A DNA stretch of 43,642 bases from Gemmatimonadales bacterium (lineage in GTDB: Bacteria > Gemmatimonadota > Gemmatimonadetes > Gemmatimonadales > GWC2-71-9). The notes under the pieces were generated by a model. That model did no database searches and was not told the origin of the DNA. It saw nothing but the letters and a program-made list of their open reading frames with translations. The DNA lies in assembly GCA_039794085.1 (NCBI GenBank), contig JBDIWC010000035.1, positions 1-43,642 on the forward strand. Direction: 5' to 3'. Shown piece after piece: positions 1 to 9,146 of this stretch. Both the position numbers and the translations under genes were made by a program. Within the stretch, counting starts at the first letter, position 1. The number at the start of each line of letters is the position of its first letter.

Positions 1-79
1 TCCACTTCAGGGTTGGGCTCTTCCGGCTTCGGCATGGGTTCCTGTCCCTCCGGAGCCCTCTCCCCGCCCCCAGAGCCAA

Positions 80-178
80 CCACAAGAAGCACAAAAGGCA
101 CAGAAACCTCTCTCGCCCCCTGGGGGGGCCCCCAGGCGCCCCGAGGTGTGCCTCTTGTGACTTCTGTGCTTTTTGTGG
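80..178. repeat. Imperfect inverted repeat (REP-like, CACA(G/A)AAG-rich arms)
   Basis: ccacaagaagcacaaaaggcacag (80-103) pairs with ttgtgacttctgtgctttttgtgg (155-178); inner GC hairpin gccccctgggggggc. Confidence 0.6.
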
Positions 179-231
179 CCATCCCCCTCGCACGGCGCGG
201 CCGGGGCGATCGACGTGCCTGACGGGGGGGT

Positions 232-289
232 CGGGCGTCGCCCACAATATTGTTGCCGTTTTGCGTTCAATCCTGTCCGTAAGGGACTA
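232..289. repeat. 58-bp dispersed repeat, copy 1 (copy 2 at 41077-41134)
   Basis: cgggcgtcgccca.aatattgttgc..ttttg.gttcaatc.tgtccgtaagggacta; 5 mismatches in 58 bp by eye; both copies abut a CCCTA(C/T)T heptamer tract. Confidence 0.85.
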
Positions 290-307
290 CTCCCTACTCC
301 CTGTTTC

Positions 308-1993
308 CTACTCCCTGACCTTTTTGTACACCACCTCTCCATTCACCACCGTCATCACGTTCGACGTCGTCAGGATCTCCGGCTCCGGGATCGTCATGAT
401 GTCGGCATCGAGCACGGTGAAGTCCGCCCACTTGCCCACCGTGATGCTCCCGCGTTCATTCTCCTCGAACGCGGCGAAGGCGGGCCAGAGGGTGAACGCC
501 TTCAGCGCCTGGTCCCGCGTCATCGCCTCCTCCGGATGCCATCCCTCGCCGGTGAATCCCTTCTGGTCCTTCCGCGCCACGGCGGCATAGAACTCGATCA
601 TCGGCTCGCCCCGCTCCACCGGCGCGTCCGACCCCCCCGCGATCCGGGCCCCGGCGCGGATGAGGGTCTGCCAGGCATACGCCCCGGCGAGCCGGTCCAT
701 GCCGAGCCGGTCGGGCGCGAAGTGAAGGTCCCCGATCGCATGGGAGGGCTGCATCGAGGGGATAACGCCGAGCTCGATGAACCGCGGAAGGTCGGCGGGA
801 TCGACGATCTGGGTGTGTTCATCGCGCCATCTCGGTTCCGCCACCACCCGGGCGCTGTCCGGCACCGCGGCAAAGGCCTCGGCGTAGAGATCGAGCAACA
901 TCCGGTTGGCGCGATCTCCGATGGCATGGGTCTCGATCTGGATCCCCCGCCGGAGCGCGTCCAGAAGGAAGGGCTTTATCTGCTCGGGGTCGGTGGTCAA
1001 CAGGCCGGTCGTGCCCGGGGCGTCGCTGTAGGGCTCCAGCAGGGCCGCGCCGCGCGAGCCGAGTGCCCCATCGAGATAGAGCTTGACGGTGCGCACCGTC
1101 AGCCGACCATCGAACTCGCCCACGATCGGGCCCTCCTCGATCAGACGACGCCCGGGAGCTCCCGGGCCACTCAGCGCCTTGTACACCCTGAGCTTGAAGG
1201 TCCCGTCGGCGTAACGCTTTCGGAGGAGGTCCACGTCGTCCCAGTCGCCGCCGGCATCGTGGAGCTGAGTCCAGCCGAGCATCAAGCTGCGCTCGCCGGC
1301 CAGGGTGAGCATCCGGTCGGCATCGGCGGCGGTGGACTCGGGGATCTTGCTCCCCACCAGCCCCTGCGCCCGGTCGATGAGCATTCCGGTCGGCTGGCCC
1401 GAGGCATCCTTCAGGATGTCGCCGCCGAACGGGGGCTCAGTGGTGCGCGTGATCCCCGCCAACCGGAGTGCAGCGCTGTTGGCCACGCCGGCGTGCCCGT
1501 CGGCCCGGGTCAGAAAGACCGGATTGTTCGGGGAGACGGCATCGAGGTCAGCCCGGGTCGGAAAGCGGCTCGGCTCCCAGAAGGTCTCGATCCACCCTCG
1601 GCCCACGACCCACTCTCCGGCGGAGGCGGCATCGACCCTCTCCTTCACCCGGGCCACGAGATCCTCGATTCCGGTCGCGCCCTCCAGATTGAGCGTCATC
1701 TCCCGGTTCCCGATCCCCATCACGTGGGCGTGGGCATCCACGAAGCCCGGGAACACGAAACGACCCGCGAGGTCCACCACCTCGGTCTCGGGGCCGGCGT
1801 ACCGTCCCGCCTCACTGTTCGAGCCGACGTACACGATGCGGCCGTCCCGCACCGCCACCGCTTCGGCCGTGGGCATGGCATCGTCCGCTGTGTGGACGGT
1901 GGCGTTGCGGAGCACGAGATCCGCGGGCTCTGGCGCGGGGGCGCAGGCGGTCCCTGCGATCAGGAGAACCGGCAGCATGGGGCGGAAGGACAT
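308..1993 (-). CDS. Secreted or lipoprotein amidohydrolase (YtcJ-like, amidohydrolase_3 family)
   Basis: Motifs PGFVDAHAH, KLYLDGALGSRGA, THAIGD, DEH, GGSDAP, GSITVGKWADF. Start moved to ATG 1993 (GGAGG RBS; signal MSFRPMLPVLLIAGTAC). Confidence 0.92.
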   Translation of the reverse strand: MSFRPMLPVLLIAGTACAPAPEPADLVLRNATVHTADDAMPTAEAVAVRDGRIVYVGSNSEAGRYAGPETEVVDLAGRFVFPGFVDAHAHVMGIGNREMTLNLEGATGIEDLVARVKERVDAASAGEWVVGRGWIETFWEPSRFPTRADLDAVSPNNPVFLTRADGHAGVANSAALRLAGITRTTEPPFGGDILKDASGQPTGMLIDRAQGLVGSKIPESTAADADRMLTLAGERSLMLGWTQLHDAGGDWDDVDLLRKRYADGTFKLRVYKALSGPGAPGRRLIEEGPIVGEFDGRLTVRTVKLYLDGALGSRGAALLEPYSDAPGTTGLLTTDPEQIKPFLLDALRRGIQIETHAIGDRANRMLLDLYAEAFAAVPDSARVVAEPRWRDEHTQIVDPADLPRFIELGVIPSMQPSHAIGDLHFAPDRLGMDRLAGAYAWQTLIRAGARIAGGSDAPVERGEPMIEFYAAVARKDQKGFTGEGWHPEEAMTRDQALKAFTLWPAFAAFEENERGSITVGKWADFTVLDADIMTIPEPEILTTSNVMTVVNGEVVYKKVRE

Positions 1994-2130
1994 CGAACCT
2001 CCAACACGGGGAGAGTAGGTTGCGTACTTTAGTGTATATGATCTTCTGGTGGATCGCGCGACTCCCAAAGCTACGGGTACCGCCAGCATGACGCCACCGT
2101 GACTCAAACTACCAACCTTGAGGTTTTCCC

Positions 2131-3135
2131 ATGCTCGCCTTGCTGACTCCCCTGCTTATCCCGGCCCTCTTCCAGGCCCCGGCGGCCGTCGACACTGTTC
2201 CAATCAAGGAATTCCAGGTTCCCTGGGAAAAGACCCGGCCCCGGGATCCGTTCGTCGATTCGAAGGGGACGGTCTGGTTCGTGGGCCAGGCGGGTCATTA
2301 CGTGGGCCGGCTCGACCCCAGAACCGGCCAGTTCACGCGGTTCGACCTGGAGGACGGCACCGGCCCCCACAACATCATCGTGGGCAAGGGCGACGCCCTC
2401 TGGTACTCCGGCAACCGCGCCTCTCACATCGGACGCCTCGACCCCGCCACGGGGAAGATCCAGAAGTTCATGATGCCCGACTCCACCGTGCGCGATCCCC
2501 ACACCCTGATCGAGGACGCCTCGGGCACGATCTGGTTCACCGCCCAGCAGAGCAACAAGGTGGGCCGCTTCGACCCCTCCACCGGCGAGGTGAAGCTGAT
2601 CCCCGTGGCCACCACCCGGTCCCGTCCCTACGGCATCGTGGTCGATCCGGCCGGCAATCCCTGGTTCACCCTGTTCGGTTCCAACAAGCTCGGTCGCATC
2701 GACACCAAGACCTTGACCGTGAAGGAGTTCGTGCTCCCCGCCGAGGGCGCCCGTCCCCGGCGGATCGCGGCCACGCCGGATGGGATCATCTGGTATGTCG
2801 ACTACACGAGGGGCTACCTCGGACGGCTCGATCCCGCCACGGGCGCGGTCAAGGAGTGGGCCAATCCCTCCGGGGCGCGCTCCCTCCCCTACGCGATGAC
2901 ATCGGATGACGCCGGCCGTGTCTGGTTCGTGGAGACGGGGGTGCAGCCCAACCGGATGGTGGGATTCGACCCGAAGACGGAGACGTTCTTCAGCCAGACT
3001 CCCATTCCGGGCGGCGGGGGAACGGTCCGGCACATGATGTTCGATGCCCCGTCGCGCTCGATCTGGTACGGGTCGGACACCGGGCAGATCGGACGGGCGA
3101 CGGTGCCGCCGGGCGGGGGGCGGGTGACGCCGTAG
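2131..3135 (+). CDS. Secreted virginiamycin B lyase (Vgb)-family beta-propeller protein
   Basis: Repeated blades of the type P..I..D..G.(L/I)W(F/Y)......(I/L)GRLDP.TG; N-terminal signal peptide. Confidence 0.85.
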   Translation: MLALLTPLLIPALFQAPAAVDTVPIKEFQVPWEKTRPRDPFVDSKGTVWFVGQAGHYVGRLDPRTGQFTRFDLEDGTGPHNIIVGKGDALWYSGNRASHIGRLDPATGKIQKFMMPDSTVRDPHTLIEDASGTIWFTAQQSNKVGRFDPSTGEVKLIPVATTRSRPYGIVVDPAGNPWFTLFGSNKLGRIDTKTLTVKEFVLPAEGARPRRIAATPDGIIWYVDYTRGYLGRLDPATGAVKEWANPSGARSLPYAMTSDDAGRVWFVETGVQPNRMVGFDPKTETFFSQTPIPGGGGTVRHMMFDAPSRSIWYGSDTGQIGRATVPPGGGRVTP

Positions 3136-3138
3136 GGA

Positions 3139-3327
3139 GGCGGTAGGCGGTAGGCGGTAGGCGATAGGCGGTAGGCGGTAGGCGATAGGCGATAGGCGGT
3201 AGGCGATAGGCGATAGGCGATAGGCGGTAGGCGATAGGCGATAGGTGGTAGGCGATAGGTGGTAGGGGTATTGGGTATTGGGGGGAGGGGGTTGGGCCCA
3301 ACACCCAACACCCAATACCCAACACCC
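3139..3327. repeat. Heptamer tandem arrays TAGGCG(G/A), then inverted TATTGGG / CCCAA(C/T)A
   Basis: Directly visible between two convergent stop codons. Confidence 0.95.
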
Positions 3328-3336
3328 ACCCCTCCC

Positions 3337-3870
3337 CTACCTCCCCGACCGCAACGCAACACCAACCAATACGATCGCCCCGTCGCCCACGTCCTCGCCG
3401 TTGGTGCGCACGTTGATCTCGGCACCCAGCGCGGCGCTCAGGTCGAGCACCATCCCTCCTCCCACGGGGAAGCGGTATCCCGCCAGTCCGGTGGGTTGCA
3501 GCACCGTCACCTTCGTGTTCCCACTCCGGCCCGGATCGGTCCAGTCGATGCTCAGGCGCCAGAGATCGGCCCGGGCCCCGACGAACCATCCCCGCCCGGG
3601 GCCGCGGGGGTGATACCGGAGGGCGATCCCACCACCGCCACCCTCCCCCTCCTCGTCGTCGTGCTCCCCGAAGTCCCTCCGGTCGGTGAGGTTGACGCCG
3701 CCCGACACTTGCAACGCCCAACGGGCACCGAGCCCCGCTTCGAGCTGCGCGGTGAAGATCCCGCCCGCCGGATACCCCTGCACCTCAAGACCGCCACCGA
3801 AGGGGCGTTGGGCCACGAGGAGGGCCGGGGTGACGAGCGCGGCGAGCAGCAGGGTGACGGAACGTGGCAT
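3337..3870 (-). CDS. Hypothetical exported protein, probable small outer-membrane beta-barrel
   Basis: Signal peptide ending ALLVAQ; alternating amphipathic strands (IALRYH, WFVGARADLW, LAGYRF, IVLVGVALR). Confidence 0.7.
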   Translation of the reverse strand: MPRSVTLLLAALVTPALLVAQRPFGGGLEVQGYPAGGIFTAQLEAGLGARWALQVSGGVNLTDRRDFGEHDDEEGEGGGGGIALRYHPRGPGRGWFVGARADLWRLSIDWTDPGRSGNTKVTVLQPTGLAGYRFPVGGGMVLDLSAALGAEINVRTNGEDVGDGAIVLVGVALRSGR

Positions 3871-3998
3871 GGGGAGTCGGGAGTAGGAAGTAGGGAATAG
3901 GGAGTAGGGAATAGGGAGTAGGGAATAGGGAGTAGGGAATAGGGAGTAGGGAATTTACACCCAATACCCAATACCCAATACCCAATACCCAACACCCA
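3871..3998. repeat. Heptamer arrays GGGA(G/A)TA and CCCAATA
   Basis: Directly visible in the divergent intergenic region. Confidence 0.95.
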
Positions 3999-4042
3999 GT
4001 ACCCGGCCTTGTCATCCCCGCCGGACCGTTCCAGACTTCGGC

Positions 4043-5200
4043 GTGACCAACCTCTCCACCACCGACCTGCTGGCCCGGTTCATCGCGATCGACACCGTGA
4101 GCCGGAACAGCAACCTCGCCCTGGCCGACGCCATCGCCGATCTCCTCGACCGCCCCGGCGTTACCATCACCCGTGTTCCCTCGCCCGATGGCGCCAAGGC
4201 CAACCTCGTCATCCGGCTCGGCCCCGACATCGACCCCGGCACCCGCGACGGGCTGGTCCTGAGCGGGCACATGGATGTGGTCCCCGCCGACGAGCCGGAG
4301 TGGACCACCGATCCCTTCACTCTCACCGACCTGGGCGATACCTGGGCGGGCCGAGGCACCGCGGACATGAAGGGGTTCCTCGCGGTGGCGGTGGAACGGG
4401 CCCGGCGGATCGACCCGGCCCGTCTCCGGCACCCACTCGTGCTCCTCTTCACCTACGACGAGGAGCTCGGCACACTCGGCGCCCACGATCTCGTGTCCCG
4501 ATGGGAACCGGCCCAGCGGCTTCCACGCGCCGCCCTCATCGGCGAGCCGACCGAACTCCGCCCCGTTCGGCTTCACAAGGGACACCTCAAGCTCCGCCTC
4601 ACCTTCGCGGGCGTTCCGGCCCACAGCGGGTATCCCCATCTCGGACGCAACGCCATCGAACCGGCGGGCCGGGCCATCGTGGCGCTGAGCGACCTCCGGG
4701 CCGACCTGGAGCGGGAGCGCACCAGCACGAGCGAGCACTTTGCCGAGGTGCCCTGGGTGCCGCTCAACGTGGCCCAGGTGGAAGGGGGCGTGGCGATCAA
4801 CGTGGTGCCCGACAGGTGTGTCATCGACGTCGGGATCCGGCTCCTGCCCGGCATGCTGCGGGATGCGATGATCGCCCGGGTGCGGGAGACGGTGGCTCAC
4901 GCCGTGGGCCGGGACAACTTCACACTGGAGATGCTGGGCGACTCCCCTCCCCTGCACCTCGACGCATCGTGCGGCACCTGGCACCGAATGGCGGAACTCG
5001 CCGGACCCCATCCCGGGGAGAGCGTCTCCTTCGCCACCGACGCGGGATGGTTCCAGACCGTGGGGATGGAGTGCGTCATCTGCGGACCGGGCACGATCGA
5101 CGTGGCTCACAAGCCGAACGAAACGGTGCCCAAGGCCGATCTGGCCGCGGCGGCGCGCCTGCTCGACCGCGTTCTCCAGGAGTGGGTGCTCTCGTCATGA
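4043..5200 (+). CDS. argE: Acetylornithine deacetylase-like M20A metallohydrolase
   Basis: LSGHMDVVP, GRGTADMKGF, YDEELG, IGEPT, HKG, AHSG, FATDAG, GPG..DVAHKPNE. Confidence 0.9.
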   Translation: MTNLSTTDLLARFIAIDTVSRNSNLALADAIADLLDRPGVTITRVPSPDGAKANLVIRLGPDIDPGTRDGLVLSGHMDVVPADEPEWTTDPFTLTDLGDTWAGRGTADMKGFLAVAVERARRIDPARLRHPLVLLFTYDEELGTLGAHDLVSRWEPAQRLPRAALIGEPTELRPVRLHKGHLKLRLTFAGVPAHSGYPHLGRNAIEPAGRAIVALSDLRADLERERTSTSEHFAEVPWVPLNVAQVEGGVAINVVPDRCVIDVGIRLLPGMLRDAMIARVRETVAHAVGRDNFTLEMLGDSPPLHLDASCGTWHRMAELAGPHPGESVSFATDAGWFQTVGMECVICGPGTIDVAHKPNETVPKADLAAAARLLDRVLQEWVLSS

Positions 5201-6519
5201 CAACCGAGGGGGAGACGGCCCAGGTCATCGAGGCGGAACTCACCTGGACCGGGGAGCGGTTCGAGCGGGGTGTTCGGATCGGCATCGACAGCGCGGGACA
5301 CATTGTCCACGTGGGACCGGGGGGACCTTCCCCTGACAGAGTGCTCCCGCGTCGCGCCATCCTGCCCGGTTTTGTCAACGTCCACTCCCATGCCTTTCAG
5401 CGCGGACTCCGCGGGCTCGGCGAGTCCTTCCCTGCCGGTGCGGGCTCCTTCTGGACCTGGCGCGAGGCGATGTACTCCCTGGTGGACCGGCTCGGCCCCG
5501 CCACCCTTTTCGACCTGTCGGTTCAGGCCTTCCGGGAGATGCGCCTGAGCGGCATCACCACCGTGGGGGAGTTCCACTACGTCCACCACGTCGATCCCGA
5601 GGCGATGGACTGGGCGCTGGATCAGGTCCTCCTCGACGCGGCGCGCGCGGCCGGGATCCGGCTGGTGCTGCTGCAGACGTTTTACCGGACCGGGGGCATC
5701 GGCGAGCCGCTCCGGGGGGGGCAGCGCCGGTTCCGCTCGGAGGGCCTGGCCGGCTGGTGGGATCAGTTCGATCGGCTGTCCGCGCAGCTCGATCCACAGT
5801 GCCAATCGATGGGGGTCGCGGCCCACAGCATTCGCGCCGCCACTCCGGAGGAGATCCGCTCGCTGCACGACGAGTCGGTCACGCGCGACCTCCCCTTCCA
5901 CATCCATGTCGAGGAGGTGGTGAAGGAGGTGGAGGACGCCGTCGCGGCCTATGGCTCCCGGCCACTCGCGCTGCTCAACGGTCTTCTCTCCACCCAACGC
6001 AATGTGACCGCGATCCACTGCACCCAGGCCGACTCATCCGATCTTGCGGCCTTCGTCGGTGCGGGCGGGACCGTCTCCCTCTGTCCCCTCACGGAAGGGA
6101 ACCTGGGAGACGGGATCCTCGACCTCTCCACCACCTCGACACTCGAGAGATCCATGGCGTTCGGCACCGACTCCAATGCCCGGATCGCCTTTCCCGAGGA
6201 GCTGCGCTGGGCCGAGTATGTCCAGCGGCTCCGGCAGCAGCGCCGGGGAGTGTTTCGGGGAGACGGGAGCGGCGCAGAAACGACTTCTGGTGGGGACGTA
6301 GCGACCGCACTGCTCACCGCGGGCACCCGACTCGGTGCTCGGTCACTCGGCGTGGCCACCGGCGAAATCGCGGTTGGTCGGTGGGCCGACCTGATGCTGC
6401 TCGATCTCGACGCTCCCGCTCTGGCCGGGGCGACCGCTGAGACTCTCCTCCCGGCCTTCGTTTTCGGCGCGGGGACGTCGGCGGTGGCGGGGACCGCGGT
6501 GGGCGGAGTGTGGAGCTGA
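5197..6519 (+). CDS. hutF: Formimidoylglutamate deiminase (amidohydrolase superfamily)
   Basis: PGFVNVHSHAFQRGLRG, SFWTWREAMY, VGEFHYVHH, AAHSIRA, HIHVEE, CPLTEGNLGDG, FGTDSN. ATG 5197 overlaps the argE stop (ATGA). Confidence 0.9.
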   Translation: MTTEGETAQVIEAELTWTGERFERGVRIGIDSAGHIVHVGPGGPSPDRVLPRRAILPGFVNVHSHAFQRGLRGLGESFPAGAGSFWTWREAMYSLVDRLGPATLFDLSVQAFREMRLSGITTVGEFHYVHHVDPEAMDWALDQVLLDAARAAGIRLVLLQTFYRTGGIGEPLRGGQRRFRSEGLAGWWDQFDRLSAQLDPQCQSMGVAAHSIRAATPEEIRSLHDESVTRDLPFHIHVEEVVKEVEDAVAAYGSRPLALLNGLLSTQRNVTAIHCTQADSSDLAAFVGAGGTVSLCPLTEGNLGDGILDLSTTSTLERSMAFGTDSNARIAFPEELRWAEYVQRLRQQRRGVFRGDGSGAETTSGGDVATALLTAGTRLGARSLGVATGEIAVGRWADLMLLDLDAPALAGATAETLLPAFVFGAGTSAVAGTAVGGVWS

Positions 6520-6597
6520 CCGGAGGTGTCCGGTATCGCCTACGTGCCGGGCACCGTGGAGGGACGGCGGTGGGCGGAGTGTGGAGCTGACCGGAGG
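6496..6597 (+). repeat. 31-bp exact direct repeat of the hutF terminus (6496-6526 and 6567-6597)
   Basis: gcggtgggcggagtgtggagctgaccggagg occurs twice. Confidence 0.9.
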
Positions 6598-6784
6598 GTG
6601 AGCGTGTCGGACTCCCGGGAGCCACACATGGGGCCGGAAGGGGCTTCTCGGCCGCCCGAATTAATTCGCCACATGTTTGAGTCAGGAGAGGTCTCGGGGT
6701 GTCGTCTCTCGGTTCCGGATCGAAACCCGGTTGCGACAATGTCCACCGACCGCTTTCCCGGACTCGGTGGCCACCGGAGAAGGA

Positions 6785-7927
6785 TCAGGTGGGATCGTCG
6801 GCGCGATAGAGCTGGATCTCAGGTTCGTCGTTGTCGCTCAGGCAGATCATGGCCAACCATCTCCGATTGAAGGAGATACTCCTGCCGGGTCCACGGCACG
6901 AGAGCGCGAGACGGCCAAGAAAGGTGGTGTCGGCGAAGACGTCGGCGAAAGAGGAATCGCCGGTTTCCCCCACGACCCAGAGCCGTCCGGCATGGTCAAA
7001 GGCCAGCCCATGCCGCGTGAAATGCGGGAGGACCTCACGATCGAGTGTATCCAGCCTCTCCTGCAGTCCGGGAACGGGAATCCGCTTTCCGTCCGGCCCG
7101 ACAAACCCCATACGAAGCTGCTGCCGGATGCGTCGGCGCTCCTGGTCGAGTGCTGCCCGGGTACGGCGACGCGGGGAGAGATCACGCCCGAACTCGATAT
7201 TCCCTTCCGGGCGATAGTACTGTATCCGGTACCCCACCGGGTCACCAATGGCAATCCGCCCACGTGAGACAGCATAGGCAGGAGGGGAGCTGAGGGCGGT
7301 TCCGATGACGGGGGGGGCCACCCGTTTGAGGACCGGGTCATCGTGAGGAATGACGACCCGGTCCTTCCGCCCCAGCGCGATGCGGCGGTAAACGGCCGAC
7401 TGACCGTCAGGAGTGTGTGCTGCGAAGTAATCCAGGGAGTCGCCCTGGCTCCCGAGCAGATACCACCCGAAGGGAACGGGCTCATCGTCGATGGGCCCAC
7501 CCTGGGCAGTGAAGAGTGAAGCTCTCGCCTGTTCATGGTCATCCACCAGGAGAAGTGTGTCCAGGAACACAATTCTCAGGGAGCCATCAGCGACCTCGCC
7601 GGGCCCACTACCCTTTCGGATCACCTCACGCGAAGGAACCCCCGAACGAACAACGGTGAACATGTTTCGGTCGCGGCGGTGGCGTGGATTGGCGAACAGC
7701 ACCGTCCCTCTGGATGAGACCGCGATGGGTGCGTTCGGTCTCGGCGGATCGTGCTCCAAGTCCAAGGCGAGAGGCTCTCTCTCCAGAGCAGGCATGATCG
7801 CAATCGGCTCCGAAAATGCACTTGGACCCGACCCACTCTCGCCTAGGCGTCCGGAGTCCTTCCCCGAACAGGCCGATAGGAGAAGCAGTGTTCCGATGCG
7901 GAATCTCCAAGGATTCATCACTTGCAC
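6785..7927 (-). CDS. Beta-propeller lipoprotein (6-bladed/NHL-like), cassette 1
   Basis: Lipobox LLSAC; RKGSGPGE motif; blade pattern LAFDHAGRLWV; C-terminal IQLYR. Confidence 0.75.
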   Translation of the reverse strand: MQVMNPWRFRIGTLLLLSACSGKDSGRLGESGSGPSAFSEPIAIMPALEREPLALDLEHDPPRPNAPIAVSSRGTVLFANPRHRRDRNMFTVVRSGVPSREVIRKGSGPGEVADGSLRIVFLDTLLLVDDHEQARASLFTAQGGPIDDEPVPFGWYLLGSQGDSLDYFAAHTPDGQSAVYRRIALGRKDRVVIPHDDPVLKRVAPPVIGTALSSPPAYAVSRGRIAIGDPVGYRIQYYRPEGNIEFGRDLSPRRRTRAALDQERRRIRQQLRMGFVGPDGKRIPVPGLQERLDTLDREVLPHFTRHGLAFDHAGRLWVVGETGDSSFADVFADTTFLGRLALSCRGPGRSISFNRRWLAMICLSDNDEPEIQLYRADDPT

Positions 7928-8002
7928 AGAAACCTCGCACTTGCCCGGTAACTACCCGCCATGGATGATCAGCAGTGGACGATCAGCTTGTAGCCTTGCG
8001 CG

Positions 8003-8176
8003 TCAGGGTCGCAACCATAACTGACAGGGCTGCGAGACCTGGTCTCCGTCACTCGCGCAGCACGTGCCATTGTAACACCACCAGCCCAGGCCATCCGCGT
8101 TCGCAGTCCCGGCACTTACGATGAGGAGAGCGAGAGCGAGGATGAGGTTGCGGCTGGAGCGAGACATCGTCAACAT
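8003..8176 (-). CDS. Small secreted Cys-rich peptide (57 aa), cassette 1; absent from the ORF track
   Basis: Hand-translated: MLTMSRSSRNLILALALLIVSAGTANA-DGLGWWCYNGTCCASDGDQVSQPCQLWLRP*. RBS aaagGGAGGacaaaATG; signal peptide with A-N-A cleavage site. Confidence 0.8.
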   Translation of the reverse strand: MLTMSRSSRNLILALALLIVSAGTANADGLGWWCYNGTCCASDGDQVSQPCQLWLRP

Positions 8177-8265
8177 TTTGTCCTCCCTTTAATATGGGGA
8201 TTTATGGGGATACTGGTTGTAAAACTACCTACGAAACTTACGTGCCGACACGGAGCTGCCACGCG

Positions 8266-8826
8266 CTAAAAAACTAGGCTATCAAGCAGTGTCCGGGGTC
8301 CCCAGTGGGTTATCTGCCCCACCCAGCTTCTGTGGATGATTCCGTCGTCCCGGACAATCAGGAGCGATGGGACCGCTCTGATTCCGATCGCAGTCAACGT
8401 TCCATGCTGGATGCTCAGGGGCTCTTGCAGCCGCTCACTCCAATAATCAGCGAGCTGCTCCTTGGGGTCCGAGCTGACTGCGAGGAATCTCCCCCGTGGA
8501 ACGCGGGAGAACAGATCGGTTACATAGATCTTCTGTTGGTTACAGGCAGAACAGGTGACCGAGAAAACGTAGAGCACCCAGGACTTGCCTGGCTCTCTGG
8601 TGGCTGCCCACTGGGCCATGGCAGGATCGGATGCCAAGATGGAGTCAATCCCTCTCCCGTAAAGTGTCGGTTCGGGCTGGGCAAACCCAGAGGGTAGGCT
8701 CCTGGAACGGGAAAGCAGTGTCGTTGCAGCGAAGACAAGCGCAGCCACGAGAAGCAGGAGGGCGATCACATTCTTCGCCCGTTCACTTCGGGCCCCTACG
8801 ATCCCGCTGGCTGTCCGATTTTCCAA
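8266..8826 (-). CDS. Membrane-anchored thioredoxin-like (TlpA-type) CxxC protein, cassette 1
   Basis: N-terminal TM helix; VLYVFSVTCSAC; IRAVPSLLIVRDDG (cis-Pro loop pattern); TTG start after GGAGG/AAGGA. Confidence 0.8.
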   Translation of the reverse strand: MENRTASGIVGARSERAKNVIALLLLVAALVFAATTLLSRSRSLPSGFAQPEPTLYGRGIDSILASDPAMAQWAATREPGKSWVLYVFSVTCSACNQQKIYVTDLFSRVPRGRFLAVSSDPKEQLADYWSERLQEPLSIQHGTLTAIGIRAVPSLLIVRDDGIIHRSWVGQITHWGPRTLLDSLVF

Positions 8827-8912
8827 TTCCTTGCCTCCCTTCGATTCTCACGCCGGGATGTGTAACTCCGTGGTTCGAATGATCACCCTCCATAGAATCG
8901 AGTGGCAAGATG

Positions 8913-8957
<45 letters not shown>

Positions 8958-9146
8958 CAAACAACTTGCGCTCCATTGGCTCGATACAGACCGACCCTGA
9001 CAACGGCCCGCCTGTGTCATTTCAACACGTGTCAGAGTGCGTCTAGTGTGTCGAAACGACACCGCTATTCTTCGCGGCCCGATCACCTCTTCTCGGGCCC
9101 CGATTTCCGGTTGCTCCATCTCCGACGCTCTCGTCCTGGCCGGGGG

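Noticed and set aside
173..2032. Long opposite-strand or alternate-frame ORFs (also 9987-12101, 15493-16734, 17467-18783, 30391-32472, 34244-35737, 35734-37410, 37741-39537)
   Set aside because: They are shadows of motif-bearing genes in high-GC DNA and have no recognisable motifs.
2131..3135. Streptogramin B resistance gene (vgb)
   Set aside because: Only the fold family is supported; the signal peptide and context give no evidence for resistance.
2104..3995. ORFs with AYRLSPI or YSLFPTP repeats
   Set aside because: They are translations of non-coding heptamer arrays.
4009..6519. 836-aa fusion protein
   Set aside because: The first 396 codons are an off-frame reading of argE; hutF starts at ATG 5197.
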